DNA of 64,000 nucleotides, taken from Phaeosaccion multiseriatum (lineage: Eukaryota; Protista; Ochrophyta, other classes). The position numbers and the translations under genes are program-made. The stretch spans positions 2,232,001 through 2,296,000 of the forward strand of contig OZ218965.1 of assembly GCA_965112735.1 (NCBI GenBank). The letters are read 5' to 3'. Every line of letters starts with the position of its first letter. Position 1 is the first letter of the stretch. Under the pieces are notes generated by a model. It was given only the letters and a program-made list of their open reading frames with translations, was not told the DNA's origin and did no database searches. Of the stretch, positions 50,160 to 63,427 are shown one piece after another.

Positions 50160-50740
50160 TGGGTAGGTACGTAAGTAGGTACGTAGGTAGGTACGTAGGT
50201 AGGTAAGGTGGTCAGGTGTGGGGAATGTAGAATGAAGGCGGGGAGAAGGCAGACTTCAGCCGGGTCCGCTCCTGAGACCACGTGGGTAGGTACGTAAGTA
50301 GGTACGTAGGTAGGTACGTAGGTAGGTGCGTAGGTAGGTACGTAGGTACGTAGGTAGGCAAGGTGGTCAGGTGTGGGGAATGTAGAATGAAGGCGGGGAG
50401 AAGGCAGACTTCAGCCGGGTCCGCTCCTGAGACCACGGGGGCTCAGCCATGCTCAATGGCAATGTATTTATATGTACATGAGGGTGCTCCTTGCCCCCAC
50501 CCACGCTCTTCTTGTATCTACATGAGGGTGCTCCTTGCCCCCACCCACCCTCTTCTTGTATCTACATGAGGGTGCTCCTTGCCCCCACCTACCCTCTTCT
50601 TGTATCTACATGAGGGTGCTCCTTGCCCCCACCTACCCTCTTCTTGTATCTACATGAGGGTGCTCCTTGCCCCCACCCACGCTCTTCTTGTATCTACATG
50701 AGGTTCTACCCTCTCTTGTATCTACATGAGGGTGCTCCTT
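50160..50740. repeat. Intergenic repeats: ~150-bp duplication with (TAGG/TACG)n at 50160-50436 and a ~44-bp minisatellite (tacatgagggtgctccttgcccccac..) at 50475-50740
   Basis: Seen directly. Confidence 0.85.
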
Positions 50741-52425
50741 TCATCAGGGATGTGCAAGCTAAGCACAACACAAAAGAGAACGTCGAATGCAACATCGCAG
50801 ACCCGCAGAAGGACCACACCTGCCATCAGCTGCCATCACCTAACCTCTAGTAGGACCACAGTCTCCTCTGTCATCAGCTGCCATCAGCTGCCATCAGCTA
50901 CCCTCAGCTACCCTCAGCTGGCGATGTAGGGCGTCGGCTTGCAGGGCTGTATAGGCACTCCAGCGTAGTGCCATGCCCCTGTCTTGCCCCTTCGGCTGAA
51001 CCTCCAGCGGCAGCGGGGCCGGTGGCTGCAGGGCTGGGGGGCGAAGGCGGCCGAACCACTTGGCCCCTGCTGGCTGGGTCGAGAGTTGTCTCCAACAATG
51101 CTGCCGGGCTTGAGAATGCCACCCCCAACCAGGCGACTCTCCCTACCGAGGACGACCGAATGGACGACCGAATGGCCGACCTTGATTGGGAGTAGCTCAA
51201 TCTCCCCAATCACCTCCAACTCCGTGATCCACCTCGATCCAAGGTGTCGAAAGGTAGGCTGGCATGCTCAGAGGCACCCATGCGCCTGCTGAGGAAGAGG
51301 CGGTACAGTGGCGTCGCCAGCAGCGTCCATGCCAAAATCGAGAGTGCCCCAAAGGTCTCGAGCACGAGAGATACATGAGATACGCATCTCCTTTCCCACT
51401 CTCCCGTGAGAAGGAGGCTTCCCGCGTTTGGCCCAAGACCTTCTTGAATATGACGCTGGAGCGCACTTCGGCAGCGTGAAACAGGAGCAACGCCACTGGC
51501 AAAAGCAGAGTCTGCGTGTCGAAGCGGCTCCAGATGGTCTTGCAGCCGGTCCAGCCCTCCGTCTCCGCTGGCGTTAAAGTCTGTGATAGGCTGCTGGAAG
51601 AGATGGAGGAACTCGTGGGCAATGATGGCGCAGCAAAACAGCCTGGCAAGATGCGCCGCCACAACAAGCAGAAGCCATGCTCAGCCAGCAGAGTACGCAT
51701 TCCCACCATCGTTCCTCCCCTCGCCCGCCGCCCTTTCTCCTCCTCGTCTGCACCTGCTCCATGCTCGCCGCTCTGCATCTTCTCGCATCCCTCTCCTCGT
51801 TTGCGACTTGCGGTGGATATGTCCCATGGCTGCAGGCAGTTTGTGTTCCCGCTCACCTGTGGTGGTCGTAGCGAATTCGCATGTCCTTTTATGTAACTCT
51901 CGTACCTCTCCTGGTGAGCTTGCCGTTGAACGCTGAAGGCTGTGGGGGTGAAGAAAGATGCAAGCGAGGCTTCTCCTCTTGTTGTTGTTTTTTCTTCGGC
52001 AAGAGGGGCGGGCGGTCCTCTTCGATCCTCTCCTACGAACCTTACCCAACAAAGGACACAAAGCACTTTTCCCTTGGAACAGCATCCTCTTTTGCGGTAC
52101 TGCTTTTCCTTCTCTTTCCCCTTTATTGGCGGGAATACTTTGGATTTGCCCCCTTTACTGACTTACTAGCTCGGTCGAATCCCCTCTCGTGGAAGGAAAA
52201 TAACACTTACCGCAACACAACCACTTGCCGCAAACCGAAGTGAAATGGCCCCCCTTGCAACTTGCCCGAATAGGGAATTGAGAGAGAGCCGGGGGCCTTT
52301 TGGCACGGTCCCCTTCAAGCGGGTGCCCGGGGCAGCGTGCGGCCCACAAGGACTACTAGTCACAAACAAACCTCCCCTCTTCTCCTCCCTTCCACCGCTT
52401 TTGTTCGAAGGCTAATCTTCAAACC

Positions 52426-55176
52426 ATGCCCATCTCTTCACGCATGAGCGCCCTGGCGCTGAGCGTCGCGCTCCTCCTCTCCTCCACCATGGGCGGAGCC
52501 TCCGTTGTGGAGAGGGAGGGTGAGTTCTTCTGAGGTTCTTGCTTTCTGAGGGGGTGGGTCTTTCTTCGCGTTATGCCAGCCTGCCTCACCTTGGATGGAT
52601 GCGATGGCTGGCGCGCCCTCCCGCGGACATGTCTGCTGTCCTTGGCTGGAAAGGATGGAGCAGAGATGGATAGTACACCAACCCACTCATGTTCTTTCGA
52701 GAGCCAATGCCCCACCTTACATTTCACGCGGCTAACCCACACCCCTGCTCGCCCGCTGTGCTCTGCTGTTGTCTCTTGTATGCCCTGGCCTCCGCCCATC
52801 CGCACCACACCGCTGCGCCACACCACCACGCTACGCAACACGAAGACAAGCGCGCCGCCGCCCGAAGGGGCTTGTGGAACGACGTGCCCGCCCCTGCGCC
52901 TGTCTACACCAAGTACACCCCTGACTCCGGCAGCTCTGACTCCGGAAAGGGCGGAAAGGGCAGCTCTGACTCCGGAAAGGGCGGAAAGGGCAGCGGTGAG
53001 TCCAGAGTTCTCAGAGCCATGTGGGGTCTGGGGTGGTGTGTCCTTTCTTTCGTCCCATGACCCATTTACACCCTCGTCGGCTGCGGTCGTTCGTTGGTGA
53101 TGGAGAGAGTGTTGCTGGACTTCTGAGTGCTTGACTGAGCTGCTGTAGACATGGCAATGTGTGAGCTCTCTTCTCTTTCACGTGTTTGTGATCTGTCAGT
53201 GACCATACCTCTCACGCTCAGGACTCCCCTCCCCTCCTCCTCTCCCCCATTCCACGTGTCCTCGACGCTACAGACTCTGGAAAGGGCGGCAAGAAGTTCG
53301 ACTCTGGAAAGGGAAAGGGCGGCAAGAAGTTCGACTCTGGGAAGGGCTCCTCGTTCCACTCGGACTCCGACTCTGACTCCGTCGAGACGTCCTGGTCCGC
53401 CCCCAAGGTGCACCAGTACACCAAGTACACCCCTGACCCCGGCAGCTCTGACTCCGGAAAAGGCGGGAAGGGCAGCTCTGACTCCGGAAAGGGCGGAAAG
53501 GGCAGCGGCGGTGAGTCCAGAGTTCTGATAGCCATGTGGGGTCTGCTGGTGTGTCCTTTCTTTCGTCCCATGACCCATTTACAAGCATTCTAGTTGATCG
53601 ATGGCACCTCGTCGACTGAGCGGTCGTTGGTGATGGAGAGAGTGTTGCTGGAGTAGTCTTGAGTGCTTGCTTGAGCTGCTGTAGACATGGCAATGTGTGA
53701 ACCCTGTGTGTGATCTGTCTGTAACCACATCTCTCACGCTCCGCTCCCCCCTCGACGCTACAGACTCTGGAAAGGGCAAGGGTAAGGGCGGTAAGGAGTC
53801 GAAGGGCAAGATGTCGGAGGGCAAGAAGTCGGAGGGCAAGAAGTCCGAGTCTATGAAGGGCTCCTCCTCCTCCTCCTCTGACTCCGAGCCCAAGGTCCAC
53901 CAGTACACCAAGTCCACCTCTGACTCCGGAAAGGGCGGAAAGGGCAGCTCTGACTCCGGAAAGGGCGGAAAGGGCAGCGGTGAGTCCAGAGTTGTGAGAG
54001 CCATGGTGATTGGGGTTGTGGTGTCCTTTCTTTCATCCTATGACACATTTCGCATCCATCCTTACTGATCGATGCCACCCTCGTCGACTGAGTGGTTGTG
54101 GGTGGTGGAGAGAGTGTTGCTGGACTTCTGAGTGCTTGACTGAGCTGCTGTAGACATGGCAATGTGTGAGCTCTCTTCTCTTTCACGTGTTTGTGATCTG
54201 TCAGTGACCATACCTCTCACGCTCGGGACTCCCCTCCCCTCCTCCTCTCCACCCTTCCACGTGTCCTCGACGCTACAGACTCTGGAAAGGGCGGCAAGAA
54301 GTTCGACTCTGGAAAGGGGAAGGGCGGCAAGAAGTTCGACTCTGGCGGCAAGGACTCCTCGTTCGACTCGGACTCCGACTCTGACTCGGTCGAGACGTCC
54401 TGGTCCGCCCCCAAGGTACACCAGTACACCAAGTACACCCCTGACTCCGGCAGCTCTGACTCCGGAAAGGGCGGAAAGGGCAGCTCTGACTCCGGAAACG
54501 GCGGAAAGGGCAGCGGTGAGTCCAGAGTTGTGAGAGCCATGGTGATTGGGGTTGTGGTGTCCTTTCTTTCATCCTATGACACATTTCGCATCCATCCTTA
54601 CTGATCGATGCCACCCTCGTCGACTGAGTGGTTGTGGGTGGTGGAGAGAGTGTTGCTGGACTTCAGAGTGCTTGACTGAGCTGCTGTAGACATGGCAATG
54701 TGTGAGCTCTCTTCTCTTTCACGTGTTTGTGATCTGTCAGTGACCATACCTCTCACGCTCGGGACTCCCCTCCCCTCCTCCTCTCCCCCCTTCCACGTGT
54801 CCTCGACGCTACAGACTCTGGAAAGGGCGGCAAGAAGTTCGACTCTGGAAAGGGAAAGGGCGGCAAGAAGTTCGACTCTGGGAAGGGCTCCTCGTTCCAC
54901 TCGGACTCCGACTCTGACTCCGTCGAGACGTCCTGGTCTGCCCCCAAGGTCCACCAGTGGGCCTCCCCCACACCCTCCAAGAACTGGCAGACGGCCCCCG
55001 TGTGGACCGCGCCCTCCCCTCCCACCAAGTTCGGAAAGGACAGCAGCGACAGCAGCGACAGCAGCGACAGCAGCGACAGCAGCGACAGCGGCAAGGGCAA
55101 GGGCAAGGGAGGAAAGAAATCCAAGGGAGGCAACAAGTCCAAGGGAGGCAAGGGAAAGGGCAAGGACAGTAGGTAA
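52426..55176 (+). CDS. Secreted Lys/Gly/Ser/Asp-rich silaffin/cingulin-like protein built from duplicated exons
   Basis: Exons 52426-52519 (signal peptide MPISSRMSALALSVALLLSSTMGGA), 52846-52995, 53274-53510, 53764-53979, 54279-54515, 54815-55176, all introns phase 1. RRGL (RXL) motif precedes many KGGK/KxxK motifs (SSDSGKGGKG) with interspersed Tyr/Trp. Confidence 0.75.
53000..54960 (+). repeat. Four ~490-540 bp exon+intron tandem units of the silaffin-like gene
   Basis: Shared intron text gagtgttgctgga..gagctgctgtagacatggcaatgtgtga..cctcgacgctacag before each exon. Confidence 0.9.
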
Positions 55177-55418
55177 AGGGGGAGTGAGCTAATGGAGGGA
55201 GGCGCGGGCAGGAATCTGAGAGAGAGGGAGGTGTTTGCCTGGCGTCTTATGTCTGCCTGTGTGTGGTGGAGGGGAAGGCTCTTGAGGGTGGTGATGATGC
55301 GCGATGAGTCTCCTCTTCCCACGCACGCGACACACACACTTCTTGCACCCACACCCATGCACACACACATTCTAGCGCACTCCACACACACACGCACACA
55401 CAAACTCCGCTACACACA

Positions 55419-55495
<77 letters not shown>

Positions 55496-55682
55496 CGCTA
55501 CACACACACGAGCCTTGACAGTTTTGTGTGCGGGGTGTGTGGGTGAGTCAGTGACTGTCGCGGTGAGTGAGTGAGTGTCAGAAGTGAGTGAGGGAGTGGG
55601 CGTGACTCGCTTGGGTGCCTTGCTGCAATTCAAACACTCGAGGAGTGAAGCAAAGGTCGTGGAATGTAATGAGTTGTTAACG

Positions 55683-55833
55683 AGTTAGTACGTACGTTAG
55701 TATAGTACGAGTAAGGAGATGAAGAAGGAGTTAGTACGTACGTTAGTATAGTACGAGTAAGGAGTTAGTACGTACGTTAGTATAGTACGAGTAAGGACAT
55801 GAAGAAGGAGTTAGTACGTACGTTAGTATAGTA
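55683..55833. repeat. AT-richer tandem repeat (gagttagtacgtacgttagtatagtacgagtaag) x4
   Basis: Seen directly. Confidence 0.85.
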
Positions 55834-57100
55834 AGAGGTAAAGGAAAGGGAGTATAAAAGTCCCTCCTCGAGAGAGCCCCTCTCGTGCTTCGCGCCGCAG
55901 AGCACGAGATTGCTCTTTCGTCATTTTTTAATTTACATAAATGACAATTTACTGCTTTCACTTTGACAAGAGCATCACGGGGGCAGCAAAAGAGTGGCAG
56001 GCACGTGATCTCTCTGTGCCCTGCTCACTCTTGCCGTGATGCTCGAGGCCCTCCACACCCACTTTGCCTTGGCTCTGCTCTCTCTGGCCTGCGGCAATCA
56101 CTTGTGCACGCACATGCACACGCAGACGCACTCGCACGCTCAGCGTACACACACACACACACACACACCACAGCCCAAATTATCACAGTACACACATACA
56201 CACACACGTTGGTGATTCGAACACTCACGACCTTTCACCTATATCAACTAAAAGCGGAATATTCACATAAGTTTAAATAAGGAACTGGGGCTACTGAGCT
56301 AACCAATGATCTGTAGCCGCTTGCTGCTGCTCGAGCTGAAGAGGCATCATCCCGACGGTGCCGGCAATGCGTGCGGGCACTGGATTGGCACGCCGCGCTC
56401 CTCCGAAAGAACATTATGGTTCGCGCTCACCCCGCCATCGAGCCAGCAGGTTCGCAGCTGCTGCGCGGCACGGGCATTGGCACTGTACAGGAGCGCGGAG
56501 ATCACGGGTGAGCAACCTGAGTCCTGAGTCCCGGCAGAGGGAGGAGGACACAACACGACACAACACCCGTGCTGTCGTCCTCCCTGTTGAGTCTTGAGCT
56601 GTAACGGGACTCAGGCTGCTGACCCTTGTTCTCTCCGCTGCAGCATGTGCCGCTGCCTACATACCTACCTACGTACCTACCTACGTACCTACCTACGTAC
56701 CTACGTACCTACGTATGACGACTCTTCGGCGTGAGAGGGATGTTCCAACAGCCGCCGACCACATCCATTGTGGAGAGCCACTCCGCCCCAAACACCTCCT
56801 CAAAGCGAGGCAGAGCATAACTATCAACCCCGCTACCATACCTTCCTCACCGCCTCATTCACTGCACATAAATCCCAAATCCTCCACCACTCATAGACTG
56901 CCATCCGGCTTGGGCACCAAGAGCAAAGGGCTGCTCCACGCACAAGTGGACGGCTCCACCACGTCAAGCCGTCGAAACTTCTGCAGCTCATCCCACACAA
57001 CACCTCCAGCTCCTTGACGGAGTAGCGACGCACACGTTGAGCGGTACGCCACCGCGCCCTGTGTGCTCGTTGTGGTGGAGCTCGTCGCAGTGGTCGCTGC

Positions 57101-59075
57101 CTAGGGAGTGCTCGCTGCCTCAGCAGTCGGGGGTGCACTGCTGCGGGTGAGAACGGGCGCCTTGTCGCCTCCGCCCTCCTCTCCAGAGACTGGGGCACCA
57201 CCAACCACGCCCGTAGCACCAGAATCAGTGGCTGCGGCCGCGGACTGAGTACTGTCACCACCCCCACTCCCACCAGCAGCGCCAGGAGCAGCAGCAGCAG
57301 CAGCAGAAGCAGGAGCAGCAGCAGGAGCAGCAGGAGCAGCAGCAGCAGGAGCAGCAGCAGCAGGAGCAGCAGCAGCAGCAGCAGCAGACTGAACACCCTC
57401 ACCCTCCCCACCTGCACCAGCGGGCTCCCCCCCCGCTGCACTCCTCAGGCGGTACGCGCCTCCTCCTCCTCCTCCTCCTCCTCCTCCTCCTCCTCCTCCT
57501 CCTCCTCCTCCTCCTCCTCCTCCTCCTCCTCCTCCTCCTCCGAGCCCAAGGTGTCGCAAGGCGCGTGGCACCAGCTCAGCGAGTGCCCGCGAGTCCTCCC
57601 CCCCCAGCCTCTTGTTCTCGTCGAAGACTCCGGCCAGCCCCTCCAGCCGCAGGGAGTCCATGCCCGCCAGTCCACGAGCCGCTCCAACCATGGCGTCTTC
57701 TTTGGACAGGGCGGCGCTCGGTACGGTACTGCCACTGCTGTAGAGCATGAGGCGGTGCAACGGCCACAGCCACAGGCTGTCGTTGGCGCTGCGGATGCTG
57801 TCGTCGGCTATCTCCTCGAGGAAGAGGGAGGCGCCGATGGGGGGACAGTCCAGCACCCCTGCTTGCTCTGCAGCGCTCCGCCGGGCCCCGGGCCGAGACA
57901 GCATCTCCTTCGCTGTTGCGGTCAGCCAAACGAGGTAGCGTGGAATGCAAGTCAGGCAGCGACATTGTGCGTATTATTAGACCAGGTAGCATGGAAGGAC
58001 GGACTCTTCCCTGACTGGCACCGCTCGCCTCGCCCGTCCCCTCCTTACCCTGAGCGAAGCACTCCAGGCTCTTCTTGGCCTCCCTCTGGGTGACACGCGC
58101 AGTGCTGGTTTCCGTTCCCAGGTGGTCCCCCAGTACTTCCCCCACCGCCGCGTCCCCCATGGCCTCGAGGTCCTGTAGGAGCTGCTCAGGCGTGGGGCCG
58201 CCCTCGGGGAGATGGACCTTGCGAGCCCATGCCGCGCGGAAGAGAGGCGAGCAAAGCAAAGAGGGGGGTGTAGCGAGAGATGCGAAGGCCGCAAGCGAGA
58301 CAGAGACAAGATGGGTGGAGTGAGTCACGGTGGGGCCCGGGCAAGAGCGACAAGAGGCCGCTCGCACCAAGGAGCAAAGGTAAAACGCACCTTCTGCAAA
58401 AGGTTCGCCCTCCTAGTGTTCGCGGCCTTTAGCCGCTTCGCTGCCAGAGCCGGCTCCTTCTTCGCCCACTTCGCTGCACGGCGGCGCTTCTTCTCCTCCT
58501 CCGCGGCGTGTTTCTTCCTCCGGATCGCCTCTTTCTCCAGTCTCTTCGCCTCCCTCGCCTCGTTCTTCTCTTCTTCTCGGGCTTGCCGGGCTGCTTCTTT
58601 CGTCTCCTGCTCCTTCCGACGCAGCTCTGTGAACTGGACATGATCGAAATGGGCGGGGAGCGGGGGGCAGGAGGAGAGGAGATGGAGACAATGCAGAGGC
58701 CCCGAAAAGTAGCAGCAGGGGGGGAGCAGCGAGAGTTTTATCAACATCGGGGGGAAGAGACCTCCGCTCTCATTGCAGTGCCGCGGAGGAACTTACCTCC
58801 TCCTCGAGGTCATCGATCAAGTCCTCATCGTAGAGCCTCATGGGAGCGGCGCAGGCATAGTGAGGGTTCTTGACACTGTCATATTCTATGGCGTCGAGCT
58901 TCCATCTTCAGCAAAGCCATGGGGGAGAGGCGGGAGGGCGTTGAAGGGGTTGTCAGAAGAACGGGAGACAGCGCGGGTGGAACTTAAGCCGCTGAACAAC
59001 ACGGACGACTAAAGAACACACAACAGCTCACCTGGGGATCCCCTTCGCCAATGCTGTTCCCAATGTATACGTCAT
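57101..59075 (-). CDS. Hypothetical multi-exon protein with a charged coiled coil
   Basis: Plausible exons: ~58885-58797 (EYDSVKNPHY..DDLEEE), ~58633-58391 (FTELRRKEQETKEAARQAREEEK..), ~58217-58049, ~57912-57101. Start and family are uncertain. Confidence 0.5.
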
Positions 59076-60084
59076 GTCCCCTTATAAATAAAAAGAAAAG
59101 GGATAAATGGCACGAGGGAATTTTGCTGTTTCAACCTGTGATTTTTGGAGCACCAATGGGGTTACTGTGTGAGCGTGCCGCTCAATGCGATACGCTCCCA
59201 CTCATTCAGCTCCTCTCCCCTTGTCACTCTCTGCTCTGTGCAGGGCTGTAGAAAGGTTACGTTACGATACGATGCCTCAATAAAGCCGTCAAAAGGAGGA
59301 TATGAGTGCGTGGGTGCGGCAGCAGGTGTAGCAGGTGGTGATCCACGGAGGCTTGTGATGGCCACGGGGGGGCAGAAAAGGTGATGTCTCGTTGATGAGT
59401 GTGGTGAGACGAACGCGCAGCGGGGGGAACTCAACGACGTGTGCCAAGAGAGGGAGGGTTGAAGAAGAATTATAAACGATTGCCGCAAAGACGAGGAGGC
59501 CTCAGTAAAAGAAAGCCGGGAGGAAAGCCCGTTTAGGGCAAGGCAAGGAGGAGCCCAACCGCCGGGGTAACGAAGAAGAAGGTGTAAAGGTGAAGTCTGG
59601 GCGGTCTTTGACCAACGTGTGCGGATGGGATTTCATGCAGTCTTAGGACATGCGCCGCCTATGGGATCGGAGCCTTGGAAACTGACCAAGGGCAGAGACC
59701 GCCACGTACGACAGTGAAGGTCAGGGAGCACTCCATACGATACGCCCTAAGCCTATCCTTTCCTTCCCTTCCATTGACTTGCACACCTAGAGGGGCAGTT
59801 TCTCTTCCATTCACTTGCACCTCAGAGGGGCAGTGTAGGGTGTGCCTGACGGTGAGTCGAGGGTGCGGGGCAGCACTGGCTAGGCGGCTGCTCATTCTCC
59901 CGAGCCGCCGCCCGTGCTGTCATCCGCTGCCATCCGCCACCATCCCCTGCCATCCGCCACCATCGGTGTTCTGCCTCTTGCGAGTCCGTGAGGGCGTGTT
60001 GGCTGGGGCGGCAGGTGCTGCAGCCTGTGCTGCAACATGCAGACGTCGCGCCGACAGAGCAGAGGCCGACTTATACTACGGCGT

Positions 60085-60400
60085 GACCAGACACGTACGT
60101 CTAGATAGAGTTGTCTTCCTCTCCGCTCCAGACACGTACGTCTAGATAGAGTGTGTTCCTCTCCGCTCCAGACACGTACGTCTAGATAGGGTGTCTTCCT
60201 CTCCGCATGTCCAGACACGTACGTCTAGATAGAGTGTCTTCCTTGGACACGCACGTCTAGATAGAGTGTGTTCCTTACCCCCTAGGGTGTGTTCCTTGGA
60301 CACGTACGTCTAGATCGAGTGTCTTCCTTGGACACGCACGTCTAGATAGAGTGACGCACGTCTCGATAGGGTGTCTTCCTCTCTCGATAGGGTGTGTCCC
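60085..60400. repeat. ~36-40 bp minisatellite (gacacgtacgtctagatagagtgt...)
   Basis: About 8 degenerate copies. Confidence 0.85.
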
Positions 60401-60537
60401 TCTCCGCTGATGGAGGTGCGCCGCCTCCCCTCCCTCCTCAAGTGCTCCTCTTCTTTGCCCTCCCTCGCGTTCTCGCATATCCGCGGAGTGGAGAGCCAGG
60501 CAGCCTAGAGCACCCCCCCAAACTTCCACGGACCGCC

Positions 60538-63007
60538 TCAACTGGAGAGGACTTCCGCCGCCTGCTGCACTGGTGTGGCACGGCAAGTCACCGCCACCCC
60601 GAAAGCCGACCCACCCCGAGCCTCCTTTCCTGCGAGCGCTTCCGGGTCGAGACGCGTGAAAGAGCAGCGCTCCCTGAGGCAGCGAGGAAGCATCTCGCCG
60701 AGCACGATGCTGCGGTAAGAGGGATTGTTGGGCGGCTTGGCATGCATGGAGAAGGCATGCTCCTCCAGGAGGGCAACACCTTCGGGGTCCTTCTTTCGAT
60801 TCAGGGCCCAATTCGCTTCCAAGCCGAGGCCTGACTCGCCGCTTGAGGTGCGGGCGCTGAAGATGAATGGGCCCACTCCCTCGAGGAGAGGGCCCTCGTG
60901 GCCCTGCTGGTAGTGATCGGCCTTACAGTCATACGGACAGACAAGAGGAAGCAAGAGAGGAGAGGAGGACCCCCGATGGGGTACAAAGGCGAAAAGGATG
61001 AGCAAGAAGCGGCTCGACTGAAAAGCAAGTGTCCTCCGGCCCTCCGTGAGGTTCCTCTTGTCAAGGCGGACTGGACCTCACCTTGAATGTTCTGTCGATG
61101 CACGTCTGCAAACTTACGGAGGTGCTGCACTGATCGAGGCAGGGGATGGCGCTAATAGGCAGCCCCTTCCACTCGCCGTACATGGCCACCATTGCGTACC
61201 ACATCCAGCGCTGCCGTCATCCGTCGGAGACGATCCACAGAGAGAAAGGCAGACGAGGCAAAGCGAATACACTCAGGAAGGTGAGAGAGGAAATATACGG
61301 GGAGGAAGGAAGGAGGGAAGGAGGGAAGGAAGGAAGGAAGGAAGGAAGGAAGGAAGGAAGGAAGGAGGGAAGGAAGGAAGGAAGGAAGGAGGGAAGGAAG
61401 GAAGGAAGGAAGGAGGGAGGAAGGAAGGAAGGAAGGAAGGAAGGAAGGAAGGAAGGAAGGAAGGAAGGAAGGAAGGAAGGAAGGAAGGAAGGAAGGAAGG
61501 AAGGAAGGAAGGAAGGAAGGAAGGAAGGAAGGAAGGAAGGAAGGAAGGAAGGAAGGAAGGAAGGAAGGAAGGAAGGAAGGAAGGAAGGAAGGAAGGAAGG
61601 AAGGAAGGAAGGAAGGAAGGAAGGAAGGAAGGAAGGAAGGAAGGAAGGAAGGAAGGAAGGAAGGAAGGAAGGAAGGAAGGAAGGAAGGAAGGAAGGAAGG
61701 AAGGAAGGAAGGATGGAAGGAAAAAATGGAAGGAGACAATCGAGTGAGAGCTCTACCTGGTCATTCCCGATAAAGCGCTTCTTAGTGTAGTGCCTGTACC
61801 GACAGCCTGCCTCCTCCACGCCCCACTTCCACCACGTGTCGAGCAGGCGCTCGCCGAAGTCCGAGCCTCGCACGAGGAATACGGAGTTGCTGAAGGAGTA
61901 CCTACCAAAGCGAGCAGAGGAACGCGGGGCAGCGAGGCCGGACAGCTCAGCAAAAAGGGAGAGGGTGGAGCGCGCTCAGCGAAGGCGGCCCTCTGCACGC
62001 AAGCAGCGTGATGAGAGGCCTCGCCACGTCCGGGCAGGGCTCGTGCGGACGAGCAGTATCAAGACACTAGTGCGCTGTGCACTCACTTTCTCTCGGGCTC
62101 TAAAGCCAGATCCGTGGGTACAAAGAGGTGTACATTGGCGCCCTGCCGCTCGAACTCATCCAAGAAGTCCTCCACTCTCCTGTCCCCTCCCGTAAGCCAT
62201 TGGTCGTGATCTAACTGCAGAATCCAGTCATAGTGGGGAAGGTACTTTCGCAGCGCCACAACTTTGTTGAAGTGGGGAGGGAGTGGGTCTTAGAGTGTAC
62301 AGAGAGCAAGAAGGGGAGGATAGATCCGTGGGGGGGAGAAAGAAGGGGCAATACGGAGAGAGAGAGAAAGCAGGACAGAGATGCGGACAGAGGAAGGGAG
62401 AAGAGAGACACAGAGAGAGAGGTGGTTTGAGAGAGAGAGCAGGGACAGAGGCATACGAAGAGAGGGAGGAAGAAAGAAAGACGCACACACACACAGAGGT
62501 AGTTAGAGAGAGAGAGACGGGGGAGGGGTTGAGAGAAGAAAGAAACACGCTGAATTTCCTTCCCCTTTCTCCTTCTCCTCCTTGTTCCTCACCTCTTGTT
62601 CCATACTCGTCTAACGGCCACGTCAAGTCCCGGTTGTACTGATTCGTATCGATGATCACGTCGTACCCATGCTGCGATGCATAGCAGTGACGAGTGATAA
62701 TGAGTGCCTCAAAGGCAGCCTGGGCTTCATAGCGGGAGCCCATTCGGACGGACACGCCTCCCAGGCCGTCCACACTGAGAAGCAAGATTCGGGGCCTGGG
62801 AGAAGCCGCTGGGTGCGCCACACTGTAGGCGTCGTAGTAGCTGGCGAAGAGGACATTCGGGTCTGATGCGACCACGTCTCCGGCGCCGTGCCGGTGGCCG
62901 TAGGTGTAGGGATAATCCGTGCTATTCCACGCTGGAAGGCCCACACACACCCGCAAGTGCTTGTAGCAGGCCAGAAAGAGCAGAATCCAGGCAAGGTGGG
63001 TGTGCAT
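60538..63007 (-). CDS. Glycosyltransferase family 34 (GMA12/MNN10-like)
   Basis: N-terminal hydrophobic segment. Exons 63007-62593 (RHCYASQHGYD), 62288-62087 (HFNKVVALRKYLPHYDWILQLDHD, DxD motif), 61901-61757 (FSNSVFLVRGSDFGERLLDTWW..DQ), 61210-61118. Last exon about 60910-60538, boundary uncertain. Confidence 0.8.
61303..61722. repeat. (GGAA)n microsatellite, ~420 bp, inside a GT34 intron
   Basis: Seen directly. Confidence 0.97.
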
Positions 63008-63427
63008 CTCTTCCGCCGAGTGGCAGAAGCTTTTACATGAGCGCAAAGAGGAGGGATGAAGCGAGAAAGGGTCGGAAATGAAAGCGAGGTCGCGAGAGGA
63101 TGTAACGGGCAGATCTTTCGTTGACATAATTCTCCCTGCTAATCCTTATCATCCTTTCAGCCCTGGACAAGATACCGGCCTGATTACTGATTATGACCGG
63201 CGCCAGCTGGCCTGATTTCTTATTATGGCCGGCGCCCACCGTAATCTTGTCTGGGGCCGATTACGCAAATCGAGTGTTATAAAGACTAAAGAGGGGGGGG
63301 TTTGCCCCCCCAAGCGCCTCCCCCTCTATTACTCACAGCAAGTACTATACACTCACTCTGTCCATAAACCAAGTACTATGAGAAGTACTATACACTCACT
63401 CTGTACATAAACCAAGTATGACAAGTA

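Noticed and set aside
50914-52066. Minus-strand ORFs including an HEFLH (HExxH) motif
   Set aside because: I could not build a consistent exon model or find supporting metalloprotease motifs, so it may be chance.
61046-61873. Long low-complexity ORFs (GRKE, PSFL, SQSV, CVCV, poly-L/R etc.) here and throughout the ORF track
   Set aside because: They are translations of intronic microsatellites or antisense frames of real exons.
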